DNA from: Candidatus Nomurabacteria bacterium CG1_02_43_90
GTDB lineage: Bacteria; Patescibacteriota; Minisyncoccia; Phycocordibacterales; UBA1550
DNA length: 53,110 bases
Direction of reading: 5' to 3'
Assembly: GCA_001871765.1 (NCBI GenBank)
Contig: MNVN01000003.1
Span: 1-53,110 of the forward strand
Of this stretch, positions 15,663 to 25,054 are shown in pieces. The notes beneath the pieces are model-generated. The model saw nothing but the letters and a program-made list of their open reading frames with translations, searched no databases and was not told where the DNA came from. Position 1 is the first letter of the stretch; each line of letters starts with the position of its first letter. A program made the position numbers and the translations under genes.

Positions 15663-16361
15663 TCAGTTTTTCTTAAGTATCATCAAAAAGTTTTCTTCAC
15701 CACTCGGGCGACGAATCACTTCAATTTTTTCTATTGCGAGACCTGCTTGGCGCGCAAGAGAAGCAAGCTCGCGTTTTGAAAGTGCATGCACGAAACGCGC
15801 ATTCTGTTCCTTTCCAAACTTAAGAAAGGCGTCACCAAAATCAAGGCGTGACCTTCTCGTTATCTTTTTAAAAACATGCGCTAGTATGATACGAGGCTTC
15901 GAATGCCAGACGTTCCATGCCGTGAGAACGATGAGGCTCCCTGGTCTTACCATACGGGCCATTTCACGAAGAAACTGCACGCGATAGGCACGTGAGGGAA
16001 TATGGTGGAGCACCGCAAAGGAGACGACTGTTTCGAATGAGTTGTCAGAAAAAGGAAGTGCGAGTGCATCGCCGACAAAAAATGTCGTGCTGGGTCGCTT
16101 TCGATATCGGTCCCGCGCAATCGCAATGAGCCCTTCAGAAAAATCAATCCCGGCGTAGGTTATTTCTTTGTCATCGAGTGCTCCGAGGAAGCGACCATTA
16201 CCACATCCGACATCAAGGATGCGAGCTTTTTTGGGGATAAGGTCAACGATAAAAGAAAGTTCATCCCAGAATTTTCCGCGCGTACGCGAGAAGTCATCGG
16301 TGATTTTTTCATACCCCGCGCGCGACTGTGCGAGGATTTGATTTGCATATTCTTGTTTCAT
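15663..16361 (-). CDS. Trm9/ALKBH8-type class I SAM methyltransferase (putative tRNA cm5U34 methyl-esterifying enzyme)
   Basis: YEKITDDFSRTRGKFW, ILDVGCGNGRFLG, DALALPFSDNSFETVVSFAVLHHIPSR and RPGSLIVLTAWNVW are co-linear with the Trm9 blocks Y..IA.HFS.TR.K.W, DVGCGNGKYL and ISIAV.HH. Divergent from elp3. Confidence 0.7.
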   Translation of the reverse strand: MKQEYANQILAQSRAGYEKITDDFSRTRGKFWDELSFIVDLIPKKARILDVGCGNGRFLGALDDKEITYAGIDFSEGLIAIARDRYRKRPSTTFFVGDALALPFSDNSFETVVSFAVLHHIPSRAYRVQFLREMARMVRPGSLIVLTAWNVWHSKPRIILAHVFKKITRRSRLDFGDAFLKFGKEQNARFVHALSKRELASLARQAGLAIEKIEVIRRPSGEENFLMILKKN

Positions 16362-16443
16362 AGGTAGGATAAGGTAGAATAGTGAAGATTAAATAGTAAA
16401 TAGTAAAATATTTTAAAAACTTTCAACTTTTTCTTACTCTACC

Positions 16444-18399
16444 ATGCTTTTTGCAGACATAAAAACAGACCGCGATCTTGATCTACTCAAACGTCGCATT
16501 GTAGCGGACGATGCTATTTATGCTCGTTTTTTGGAGGTGAGATGTAAACTATATGACCCCGAGGGTAAACTCGCTCCCGAGGGGCATTTTGAGCCTAAAA
16601 AAGGTACTTCGGGGCGTCGTTTGCCCACTAATGCGGAAATGCTCGCTTTGTATAAAGATGGTCTTGAAAAAGGGGAGGAAACGGTTAATACCGACGCTGA
16701 GCTCGTCATGAAGAAATTCAAGGTTCGTAGCAACTCGGGGGTTGCCGTGGTGTCGCTTTTGACGAAGCCATTTCCTTGCCCAGGTCGCTGTACGTATTGC
16801 CCAACTGAGGAGCGTATGCCCAAAAGCTATCTTTCGAAAGAACCCGCAGCGGCGCGCGCACTCGCGAATGATTTTGACCCCTATGCACAGGTGACCAACC
16901 GCTTGCGTGCACTCGCTATGAACGGGCATGCAACCGACAAAATTGAAATGATTGTGATCGGAGGAACGTGGAGTTTCTACCACCCCGTGTATCAAGAAGA
17001 ATTTCTTGCCGAATGTTTTCGTGCGTGCAACAACTTCGGGTTAACGGAAGATATGCAAACAAAAAAAATGGCGAAGTCGCTCCTTGAACTGCAGTCAGAT
17101 AACGAAACTGCACCAACGCGAATCATCGGACTTTCCATTGAAACACGCCCCGACTATATTACCAATTATGAATTGGAACGCTTACGCGCACTCGGGGTTA
17201 CCAAAGTCGAGATTGGCGTGCAACACCTCGATGATGAAATTTTGAAAAAAACAAAACGCGACATGAAGATCGTGCAAGTCAAAGAGGCAACGGAGCGTTT
17301 GCGGAATGCAGGGTTTAAGGTGGTGTACCACATGATGCCCAACCTACCGGGAAGTAGTATCGAGCAAGATATCAAAATGTTTGGCGACCTTTTTTCAGGC
17401 GAGGACTATCACCCCGATATGCTCAAGGTGTACCCGTGTATGGTTCTCGAGGGAAGTGAACTTTTTAATACTTGGCAGGAAGGCCTGCCTGCGTCGCGAC
17501 CGGGATTTTTTTCTACGTACGTTATACTTTGTGATGACAATAGTTTTTATATAGGTCAAACAGGTGATTTGGAAAAACGTTTCCAAAAACATTTAGCAGG
17601 TACTGGAGCAGAGCACACAAAAAAACATCGCCCTCTCAAGGTCATTCATTATGAAGAATACTCAACAAGAGAAGAGGCTGTTAAGCGTGAGAAGTTTTTG
17701 AAAACTGGGTTTGGGCGGAAATGGGTAAAGAGAGAATACGTGGCTGGCCGTACGCGACAGGCAGGGGGCTTTGTGCCCTACACCGACGAGGAACTTGTAC
17801 ACGTTCTCGTTGAAGCAAAAAAACAAGTACCGAAGTACGTTCGTATCATCCGCGTGATACGTGACATACCTGCTACCTATATTCAGGCAGGAAGTAAAGT
17901 TTCCAACTTGCGACAATGGCTGGAAGTGGATATGCGAAAAAATAATTGGCGTTGTAAATGTATTCGCTGTCGTGAAGTGCGCGGAATGGTTGTGGACCCC
18001 AAGGATTTCCCCCTTACCCGTACCGAGTATCGCACCAAAACAGGGAGAGAATTTTTCTTATCATTTGAGGAAGCACACGAGGGGAAGCTTGCTTCATTTC
18101 TTCGTTTGCGCCTGCCCGATAATCACGGAAAGGAATTTGAGAAGGGGACACTGGCAGTCTTGAAAGATGCGGCACTCGTGCGTGAGCTCCATACCTACGG
18201 GCGCATGGCAACGATAGGAGAGGAGGGGACACAGAGCCAGCACCTCGGCTTTGGGAAACAGCTTCTCATCGAAGCGGAGCGTATTGCGAAAGAAGCAGGC
18301 TACAAAAAAGTCGCTATCATTGCGGGTATCGGCGTCCGCGAGTATTACAAAAACCGCGGCTATTCGCTTGAGGGGAGCTATATGGTGAAGTATGTGTAG
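16444..18399 (+). CDS. elp3: Elp3-type radical SAM / GNAT acetyltransferase (tRNA wobble uridine carboxymethylation) with an inserted GIY-YIG domain
   Basis: Radical SAM cluster motif CPGRCTYCP. Elp3 blocks IETRPDY, EIGVQH, YPCMVLEGSELF.. and VRIIRVIRDIP. C-terminal GNAT with QHLGFGKQL. 651 aa. Confidence 0.85.
   Translation: MLFADIKTDRDLDLLKRRIVADDAIYARFLEVRCKLYDPEGKLAPEGHFEPKKGTSGRRLPTNAEMLALYKDGLEKGEETVNTDAELVMKKFKVRSNSGVAVVSLLTKPFPCPGRCTYCPTEERMPKSYLSKEPAAARALANDFDPYAQVTNRLRALAMNGHATDKIEMIVIGGTWSFYHPVYQEEFLAECFRACNNFGLTEDMQTKKMAKSLLELQSDNETAPTRIIGLSIETRPDYITNYELERLRALGVTKVEIGVQHLDDEILKKTKRDMKIVQVKEATERLRNAGFKVVYHMMPNLPGSSIEQDIKMFGDLFSGEDYHPDMLKVYPCMVLEGSELFNTWQEGLPASRPGFFSTYVILCDDNSFYIGQTGDLEKRFQKHLAGTGAEHTKKHRPLKVIHYEEYSTREEAVKREKFLKTGFGRKWVKREYVAGRTRQAGGFVPYTDEELVHVLVEAKKQVPKYVRIIRVIRDIPATYIQAGSKVSNLRQWLEVDMRKNNWRCKCIRCREVRGMVVDPKDFPLTRTEYRTKTGREFFLSFEEAHEGKLASFLRLRLPDNHGKEFEKGTLAVLKDAALVRELHTYGRMATIGEEGTQSQHLGFGKQLLIEAERIAKEAGYKKVAIIAGIGVREYYKNRGYSLEGSYMVKYV
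17485..17769 (+). other. In-frame GIY-YIG (YhbQ/UPF0213-like) nuclease domain inserted into Elp3
   Basis: ~95 aa lie between ..LFNTWQEG and FVPYTDEE. The segment reads YVILCDDNSFYIGQTGDLEKRFQKHLAGTGAEHTKKHRPLKVIHYEEYSTREEAVKREKFLK, the GIY-(10)-YIG..R..H..G..E..K pattern. Confidence 0.75.
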
Positions 18400-18426
18400 T
18401 TACTTTGGGGGCTGAGCATAGAATTA

Positions 18427-19485
18427 CTAATGATTATTTTCAGATTCTTTAGGTAGCAATTTTAAAGAAAGGATCATCCTCAATTTTTTGTCATAAAAAT
18501 AAGCTATATAGCTCAACATAATAGCTACTATCATCATAATTCCACCGCGCAATTCAAGTGAGCCGTAAGATTCAAAATATTTAATAAGCGTGTTGCCTAC
18601 TGTTTGATGTATCAAATATAAGGGGTAAGTTATTCCCCCAATAACCGCACTGATTACTAGCCATCTAGGCGAATGTATTTTAGGAGATAAGTAAACAAGA
18701 ATTATTGTTGTAATAAAAAATAGGGGATGTAGCCACATCACAAAATTAGTGTCTATTGGATTGGGTGAAAGATATGGAGGTAACGCCCGAGCTGAAATAT
18801 ATGTTGAATAGACTGCGACTATAAAAAGAAATCCGTAGTCATAGCATTTTTGCTTAAGCGAAGAGTAGTCAGTACTTACTATTATGGAAAGCGTTATCCC
18901 GAACAAGAAGTATGATGCGTGTCTAACAAGTAAAGTTTTTGCGATAAAATTATTATCAATAGTAAGTAGAAATGCTACAGTACTAACAACTAACCAACCT
19001 AGTGTAAACGTGCGAATGTTTTTCCATGAGAAAAAATACACAAATAATCCTATCGCTACATAAAAGATAAGCTCAACAACAAGAGACCAATACGCGGCGT
19101 CCACAAGCCTTAGGTACCCAAAAGCATTACTTAACTTTTCCCCAAGCATCGTCATACTAATAAGGTACTCTTGGAATAAAACAGGATTACCATTCGGTAT
19201 TAGTAACGTGAAAATATAAGTGGCAGTACAGATCATCCAAAACAAAGGGAAAAGCCTAATCCATCTTTTTAGGGCAAATTTCTTGATAGAAGTACGGGAG
19301 ATGCTTTGAGAGATTACAAAACCACTAATTATAAAAAAAATAGGGACACCAAGGTTGCCATATCTGTACCACGCTAGGTCTGGAGACCACCAGAGGAAAT
19401 AGTGAAAACTCATCACCCAAAAAGCTGCAAAGAAGCGAAGAATATCTAAAAGAGAATAATGGGTTTTCATGTTTGATATCAACAA
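18427..19485 (-). CDS. Acyltransferase family 3 (membrane O-acyltransferase)
   Basis: 352 aa, polytopic. N-terminal LDILRFFAAFWVMSFHY is typical of acyltransferase_3. Confidence 0.8.
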   Translation of the reverse strand: MLISNMKTHYSLLDILRFFAAFWVMSFHYFLWWSPDLAWYRYGNLGVPIFFIISGFVISQSISRTSIKKFALKRWIRLFPLFWMICTATYIFTLLIPNGNPVLFQEYLISMTMLGEKLSNAFGYLRLVDAAYWSLVVELIFYVAIGLFVYFFSWKNIRTFTLGWLVVSTVAFLLTIDNNFIAKTLLVRHASYFLFGITLSIIVSTDYSSLKQKCYDYGFLFIVAVYSTYISARALPPYLSPNPIDTNFVMWLHPLFFITTIILVYLSPKIHSPRWLVISAVIGGITYPLYLIHQTVGNTLIKYFESYGSLELRGGIMMIVAIMLSYIAYFYDKKLRMILSLKLLPKESENNH

Positions 19486-19525
19486 ATAGCCTAATATCTA
19501 TACTTTATGATAGTATCATATACAT

Positions 19526-20299
19526 ATGAAACAAAAAATAATACAGAGCATAAGAATAATTATGGGGTTTAATATAGTCTCTGTTTTTACGCTTATAACA
19601 AGCGGATACCACTCCTTTTTAAAAGCTTGTTACCGGGCTTTTGTTGCAGCTCACATGGTAGACATAACGGAGTTGTCTGCGATACCTCAAATATCCCTTG
19701 ATCAGATATTGGGAAAGGTTAGACCAACGATACATATGACGATTATGTCTAGTGAAAATGGTAGAGTTCCTTCGGATCAAGCTATCGCGATAATTGCAAT
19801 TCTGGCAAAAGAGCAGCCTAAAGAGGTTTTAGAGATAGGAACTTTTTTTGGGCATACGACAAGACTTATTGCAGAAAACCTACCAAATGGAATTATCCAT
19901 ACACTAGATCTTCCTCAAGAGTTTAACTCAAAAGGAGACCTAAAAAGTATTCCAAAAGATGATTCCCATCTTATCGAAAGACGTATTGTTGGGCGTGAAT
20001 TCATAGGGAGTATTTACGAGAAACAAATCAGACAACATTTTGCAGACACGGCTACTTGGGATTTTAGTGAGGAAGGGGAGCCAACCTTCTTCTTTATTGA
20101 CGGTTCTCATACGTATGAGTATTGTAAAAATGATTCGGAAAAATGTTTTACGCTATGTAAGGGGAGAGGTGTGTTTTTGTGGCATGATTGCGATTTTGGT
20201 CATCCTGGTGTTGTAAAATTTATAAATGAATGGAGAACTATGGGGCGTGATATCGTTAGAATTGAAGGAACCCCGATTGCCTACTGGAAAAGTTTTTAA
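19526..20299 (+). CDS. Class I SAM-dependent methyltransferase (Methyltransf_24-like)
   Basis: LEIGTFFGHTT and FFFIDGSHTYEYCKNDSE blocks. A TGaTAGTAT -10 element lies 9 nt before the ATG. Confidence 0.7.
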   Translation: MKQKIIQSIRIIMGFNIVSVFTLITSGYHSFLKACYRAFVAAHMVDITELSAIPQISLDQILGKVRPTIHMTIMSSENGRVPSDQAIAIIAILAKEQPKEVLEIGTFFGHTTRLIAENLPNGIIHTLDLPQEFNSKGDLKSIPKDDSHLIERRIVGREFIGSIYEKQIRQHFADTATWDFSEEGEPTFFFIDGSHTYEYCKNDSEKCFTLCKGRGVFLWHDCDFGHPGVVKFINEWRTMGRDIVRIEGTPIAYWKSF

Positions 20300-20308
20300 T
20301 CTTTTAAT

Positions 20309-21211
20309 ATGACCAATATCAGTAAAGAGGAAAATAAGAAAGTGGTTCTGTATTTACCTGGGTCTGTTGGGGATAATTTCATAGTGCTATCTTTGGCTCA
20401 ACAATTAAAAGATAATAATATTAAAGGTATCGTAATTGCAGTTAATAATTCTCTAGACACATATCGCTCAATAAGTAAGGACTTAGCTGTTTCTGATGAA
20501 GTTTTTAGTGCTAGGAATATTTTTTTCCTCCTTAAACTGTTCTTTCAATCTTTTTTTAAAGATACGTACTTTATTTTTTTCCTTACGCCAGATTCAAAAC
20601 TAATTAGCTATACATCGTTCGTCTTTCATTATCTTTCTCGAGTAAAGATGATCTCATTTTTATTTACAGATATACACAAGAAGCCTCATTTTTTTGGAGA
20701 CAACATTATGTGTAGTGAAAAAAACACAGTACAAGAATTATTCAGTTTTATTTTTGACCGTTTAAACATTAAAAGTGTGGCAAAAAACCCTTATTTAGAG
20801 CTACCTGTATTCAACAGAGGTAACTATTCTGTTCTCCATCTATATCCGTCTGCCCCAGATAGAAAAATAGAAAAGGAGGACATTAAAAAGGGGATAGTAG
20901 ATTACTATAAAGAACATATGAACATGGCCACCACCATGGTTATTACTGGAGCCCCCTCAGATATAGTAAAAGATATAAGTCTAGAAGATTATATCCCTAA
21001 TGAATTTAATTATTTAGATCTTAGAGGGAGGTTGAGCCTAGTGTCGCTTATGTATGTTATTCATGATGCCGAGAGTTATTTTGGGGTGCATACTGGGCCA
21101 ACTCATATCGGCGCTATGTTTAACAAGAGAGGGATTGCTTTTTACAAAAAAGAGAGGCCTGTTGTCAGCGTTCGTTATAATAGTAACTATAAAGTAATTT
21201 CCCTCGACTAA
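20309..21211 (+). CDS. Hypothetical protein, possibly glycosyltransferase family 9-like
   Basis: 300 aa. The C-terminal LSLVSLMYVIHDAESYFGVHTGPTHIGAM weakly resembles the GT9 donor-binding region. Low certainty. Confidence 0.4.
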   Translation: MTNISKEENKKVVLYLPGSVGDNFIVLSLAQQLKDNNIKGIVIAVNNSLDTYRSISKDLAVSDEVFSARNIFFLLKLFFQSFFKDTYFIFFLTPDSKLISYTSFVFHYLSRVKMISFLFTDIHKKPHFFGDNIMCSEKNTVQELFSFIFDRLNIKSVAKNPYLELPVFNRGNYSVLHLYPSAPDRKIEKEDIKKGIVDYYKEHMNMATTMVITGAPSDIVKDISLEDYIPNEFNYLDLRGRLSLVSLMYVIHDAESYFGVHTGPTHIGAMFNKRGIAFYKKERPVVSVRYNSNYKVISLD

Positions 21212-21216
21212 TTTTT

Positions 21217-22461
21217 ATGATTTTTTTTACTAAACTAAAAAAAATACTTGATAAGTCTTTCTTAAAAGAATTATCATGGTACACAATTGGACAAACTACC
21301 GTTCAAATTTTTTTTGCTCTTGGTGTTATCATTACTTCTAGATATCTTGGACCAGACAATCTTGGTTTATATAGTTTTGTCCAAAATTACTTGAGCGTGT
21401 TTATGCTTGTGGCCGTTGGAATGGATTTTTATTTCACTTGGAGAATTGCAAAAAGTGAAGATAAAATTAAAGACCTTAAAGAGTATTTTGGCCACAAGAT
21501 ATACATCACAAGTTCTTTCTCTATCTTAGGAATCATTCTCGCGTGGAGTATTTTACCATCAGATGTTGCGTTGATGTCAACGATATTATGCGCCCCATTA
21601 TTCCTGAGCTCATTTACGGCCTTTTTCCAATACGCAATCGTTATCAATAAAGCACGAATAATTGCTCTAACGCAAATATTGTCGTCGTTGACCCTTTTTC
21701 TCATGAAAGTATTTCTCGTGAATTTTCATGCCCCTCTCCTTGCTTTTGTAGCTGTTAGTGCAGGCGATACGTTTTTTATGGTAACTTTATTGGCTTTATT
21801 TTTTTTGAGTAACCCTGAAATCAGAAAACCTTTTTTTTATGCAAGTTTTCCAAGTATTTTTTCGACAATAAAATTTTTGTACGCTATTCGTTTTATGGTC
21901 ATTTCATTAGCTCTGTGGCAATTACTATTGCGCGTAGATCAACTAGTTTTAGCGACTTTTTCGAATGCGTATACTCTTGGTATTTACTCGGCAGCGGTAA
22001 AAATTACAGAAGTACCCAACTTCTTTGCTGGAGGGATTTATGCCTCTCTTGTCGCCCATATTGCTAGTACTGCACTAAGAAAAGACGATCATTCAAAAAA
22101 TAGTATTCGTAAAGTTATGTTACTGTACTTTAGTTCGGGTACGGTTATTTCGATTCTTACTATAATTACCGCCCCGTTTATTGTGAGCTTACTTTACGGA
22201 CCCAAGTTTATTGAAGTAACCCCTATTTTAAGAGTATACGCACTTTCCATCCCAGGTATGTTCCTGGTATATCATTATTTGGCTATTTACGCGGTACAAG
22301 GAAAACACTTACAGCAGGCATTTATTTTTAGTTTAGGTATTATTATAAATATAGTATTAATTTATATATTAACACCAATTTTTGGCATTACGGGTACTGC
22401 TTTTGCCACCGTTATCTCCTACACATTTATGTCAGGCGTTTTCTACTTACATATGCGTTAA
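21217..22461 (+). CDS. Wzx-like oligosaccharide flippase (MOP superfamily)
   Basis: 414 aa with about 12 hydrophobic helices and typical polysaccharide-biosynthesis-protein topology, within a glycan cluster. Confidence 0.8.
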   Translation: MIFFTKLKKILDKSFLKELSWYTIGQTTVQIFFALGVIITSRYLGPDNLGLYSFVQNYLSVFMLVAVGMDFYFTWRIAKSEDKIKDLKEYFGHKIYITSSFSILGIILAWSILPSDVALMSTILCAPLFLSSFTAFFQYAIVINKARIIALTQILSSLTLFLMKVFLVNFHAPLLAFVAVSAGDTFFMVTLLALFFLSNPEIRKPFFYASFPSIFSTIKFLYAIRFMVISLALWQLLLRVDQLVLATFSNAYTLGIYSAAVKITEVPNFFAGGIYASLVAHIASTALRKDDHSKNSIRKVMLLYFSSGTVISILTIITAPFIVSLLYGPKFIEVTPILRVYALSIPGMFLVYHYLAIYAVQGKHLQQAFIFSLGIIINIVLIYILTPIFGITGTAFATVISYTFMSGVFYLHMR

Positions 22462-22487
22462 AAGGTTTTTAATGATATACTTTTTTT

Positions 22488-23057
22488 ATGAATCCAATAG
22501 CATCTTTTTTTGCAAAAGTTTTTATTTATTTTTGGTATAAAAAAGGCGAATATTTTTTTTGGAGAAGTAAAAAATATGTAACTAATTGGGGTGAAGGTAC
22601 TTACGGCACTCCGTACCTGATTTCGTATGACAAAAGAAGTACTTTGTCAGTTGGTGCATATTGCTCAATTGCTAGTAGGGTGAGCATACTTTTGGGAGCC
22701 AATCATTTATTTGGAAGAATAACGACATATCCATTAAGTCTAATAAATGAAGATATGACCGTTACTGATGCCAGTGAACCAGGGTCTGTTGTTATTGGGA
22801 ATGATGTCTGGGTTGGTTATGGACCTACTATCATAGGACCTGTTTCTGTCGGAGATGGTGCAATAATCGCTGCGGGGACAGATGAGGTACATGCAAAAAT
22901 TATAAAATATAGGTTACCTGAAGATCAGATTAATGACATGGTCGCTATTGCTTGGTGGGGGTGGGGTAGAGACAGTATTAAAAAAAGAGAGAAGGATATA
23001 TACTCTAAAGATTTTAATAAATTTATTAAAAAATATAAAAATGAAGCAGGAGAATAA
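22488..23057 (+). CDS. Hexapeptide-repeat (left-handed beta-helix) O-acetyltransferase, CatB/Vat-like
   Basis: [28 protein letters not shown] repeats and a C-terminal [19 protein letters not shown] block. A TGaTATACT -10 element lies 6 nt before the ATG. Confidence 0.75.
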   Translation: [189 protein letters not shown]

Positions 23058-24030
23058 AAAATGTCCGATATGTGGTGCACCCGCCTCTGTTCTTTTTAAT
23101 GACTTTAACGGGTACATCGAGGGGAAAACTTTTGACTTATATGAATGCAGTGTTTGCATGGCCTCTTTTGTCGACCCTCTTATCTCTGAAGCTAAGTTGT
23201 ATAATTATATTTACAATTTAGGGGATAAAGCACCTGGATATGAGAGGTATTTGAGATATGCCCAACTAGTTACTGAATTTAAAAATCCCCTCAACATTTT
23301 GGCGAATGCGGAAAGCGTCTATTGGGGGGTTAAAAATGCCTTAGAAAAATATTTTAAAAATAAAGACATATCGATATTAGAAATAGGAACAGGTCTCGGA
23401 TATCTAACCTATTCTTTGAATAAAGCAGGGTATAGTACTAAAGGACTGGATATCTCAGAAGAAGCGGTGGCCAGGGCAAATAAACGTTATGGTAATTATT
23501 ATACGGCGGGAGACTTATTTGAGATTGTAAAAAAGAACATCGATAAATATGATTGCGTAATCATGACAGAATTGATTGAACACGTAGAAGACCCCAAGGC
23601 TTTTATTGGGGCAGCTTTTTCTTTACTGAAAGAAGGTGGAAAATTAATTTTAACAACACCTAATAAATCCACTGCTCCTCAAGGTACTGTTTGGCAAAGT
23701 GATATACCCCCCATTCATTTATGGTGGCTGGCAGAGGATTCTATTTTGTATATAGCAAAATCATTTAATAAAAAATGTGAATTTATAGATTTTACCGCAT
23801 ACACCTCTATGTTTTATGAAGATAAAGCAGTCGTTCCGATGGAATTCTTGCAAGCCAATTTACCAAGAATGGACACAGAAGGTAATTTATTTCCGAAACA
23901 TGTGAACAATAGTTTAAAGTCTAGATATCTTAGTATTAAGATGAGGTACGCGCTCTCTTATTTAAGGAGAAGGTTTAAAACAAAAAGTCCCTCGAGTAGA
24001 TCAGCAACAATGTGTGCTGTAATGTATTAA
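23041..24030 (+). CDS. Class I SAM-dependent methyltransferase with an N-terminal Cys-rich (zinc-ribbon-like) segment
   Basis: CPICG..CSVC, then ILEIGTGLGYLTYSL (motif I). I chose ATG 23041 instead of the upstream ORF-track start. Confidence 0.7.
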   Translation: MKQENKKCPICGAPASVLFNDFNGYIEGKTFDLYECSVCMASFVDPLISEAKLYNYIYNLGDKAPGYERYLRYAQLVTEFKNPLNILANAESVYWGVKNALEKYFKNKDISILEIGTGLGYLTYSLNKAGYSTKGLDISEEAVARANKRYGNYYTAGDLFEIVKKNIDKYDCVIMTELIEHVEDPKAFIGAAFSLLKEGGKLILTTPNKSTAPQGTVWQSDIPPIHLWWLAEDSILYIAKSFNKKCEFIDFTAYTSMFYEDKAVVPMEFLQANLPRMDTEGNLFPKHVNNSLKSRYLSIKMRYALSYLRRRFKTKSPSSRSATMCAVMY

Positions 24031-24035
24031 TTTTT

Positions 24036-25046
24036 ATGCAATCAACTAACGTAGCCGTCGTCACCGTTACCTATGGCAATAGATGGAATTTTTTATCACA
24101 ACTTGTTGGTGTGGTTATGAATGATCCTTATGTAACGAAGTTAATTATTGTTGATAATGGGTCAAAGAATAAAAAAGAAATAGAAGAGGGCGTAAAAAAA
24201 TATGGAGATAAGGTTGTCATTCTACGGCAAGAAAAAAACATAGGGTCAGCCGGTGGTTTTGCTCGCGGGCTTGCTTATGCAAGAGGTGTTGCTTGTGACT
24301 ACATTTTTATGTTGGATGATGATAATGTGCCCGAAGAAGGAGCGATAGAAAAGTTTCTTGAGTTAAGAAAATTATTTTTAAACGAAAAGGTAGTTTTGGT
24401 GGGAAGCAGGCCTCTTTTACTTGGGAATACTGATATCTTTTATAAAAAAATAATAACAGATACTTCTTTGAAGTTTACTTTTTTTGAAGTTTTTAGTTTT
24501 GCTAAATTTTTTAATTTCCTGAAACTATTTAGAAGTACTAAAGGTTTAATACGAGGTACATTAATTCCCATTGTGCCCAATGAAAGTTTTATCTATGGGG
24601 GAGCTTTTATCCCCATTGAGGCAGTAAGAGAAGCGCCACTTCCTGACGCGAGCCTTGTTCTTTATGGTGACGATATCGAATATTCTTGGGGTATTAAAAA
24701 ATTAGGGTATGAGTCATATGCTTGCATACGACCAAGGATTAATGATGCCTCTGTTACGTTTAGTGACGGTTCGCATATTTCAGGGTTGTTTGATCCCGGG
24801 ACCGAAATATTCAAGGTATATTACCGCATAAGAAATATGGTACGAATTTCTATCCGTACTACCACACAGGCACAAACCATTCTCTTTTTGAATATTATTG
24901 TGTGGACTTCTGGTTTATGCATTCTTGGTATGTTTAAATACGGAGTTAATCGTAATTATGTAAGGCGGATAAGGATCATTCTACAAGCTGTTTATGGGGG
25001 GTATGAGGTAAACTACAGAACTCCCAAAGAAGCAGAGCTCCCTTAA
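24036..25046 (+). CDS. Glycosyltransferase family 2 (rhamnosyltransferase-like)
   Basis: VAVVTVTYGN, IIVDNGS, MLDDDN (DxD) and YGDDIEYS blocks. I chose ATG 24036. Confidence 0.8.
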   Translation: MQSTNVAVVTVTYGNRWNFLSQLVGVVMNDPYVTKLIIVDNGSKNKKEIEEGVKKYGDKVVILRQEKNIGSAGGFARGLAYARGVACDYIFMLDDDNVPEEGAIEKFLELRKLFLNEKVVLVGSRPLLLGNTDIFYKKIITDTSLKFTFFEVFSFAKFFNFLKLFRSTKGLIRGTLIPIVPNESFIYGGAFIPIEAVREAPLPDASLVLYGDDIEYSWGIKKLGYESYACIRPRINDASVTFSDGSHISGLFDPGTEIFKVYYRIRNMVRISIRTTTQAQTILFLNIIVWTSGLCILGMFKYGVNRNYVRRIRIILQAVYGGYEVNYRTPKEAELP

Positions 25047-25054
25047 CGAGATAG

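Noticed and set aside
17485-17769. Intein in Elp3
   Set aside because: The insert begins with L-P-A and ends ..A-G-G before F. It lacks an N-terminal Cys/Ser, a C-terminal His-Asn and a downstream Cys/Ser/Thr. It also lacks Hint-domain blocks and is too short for a full intein. It reads as a plain GIY-YIG domain.
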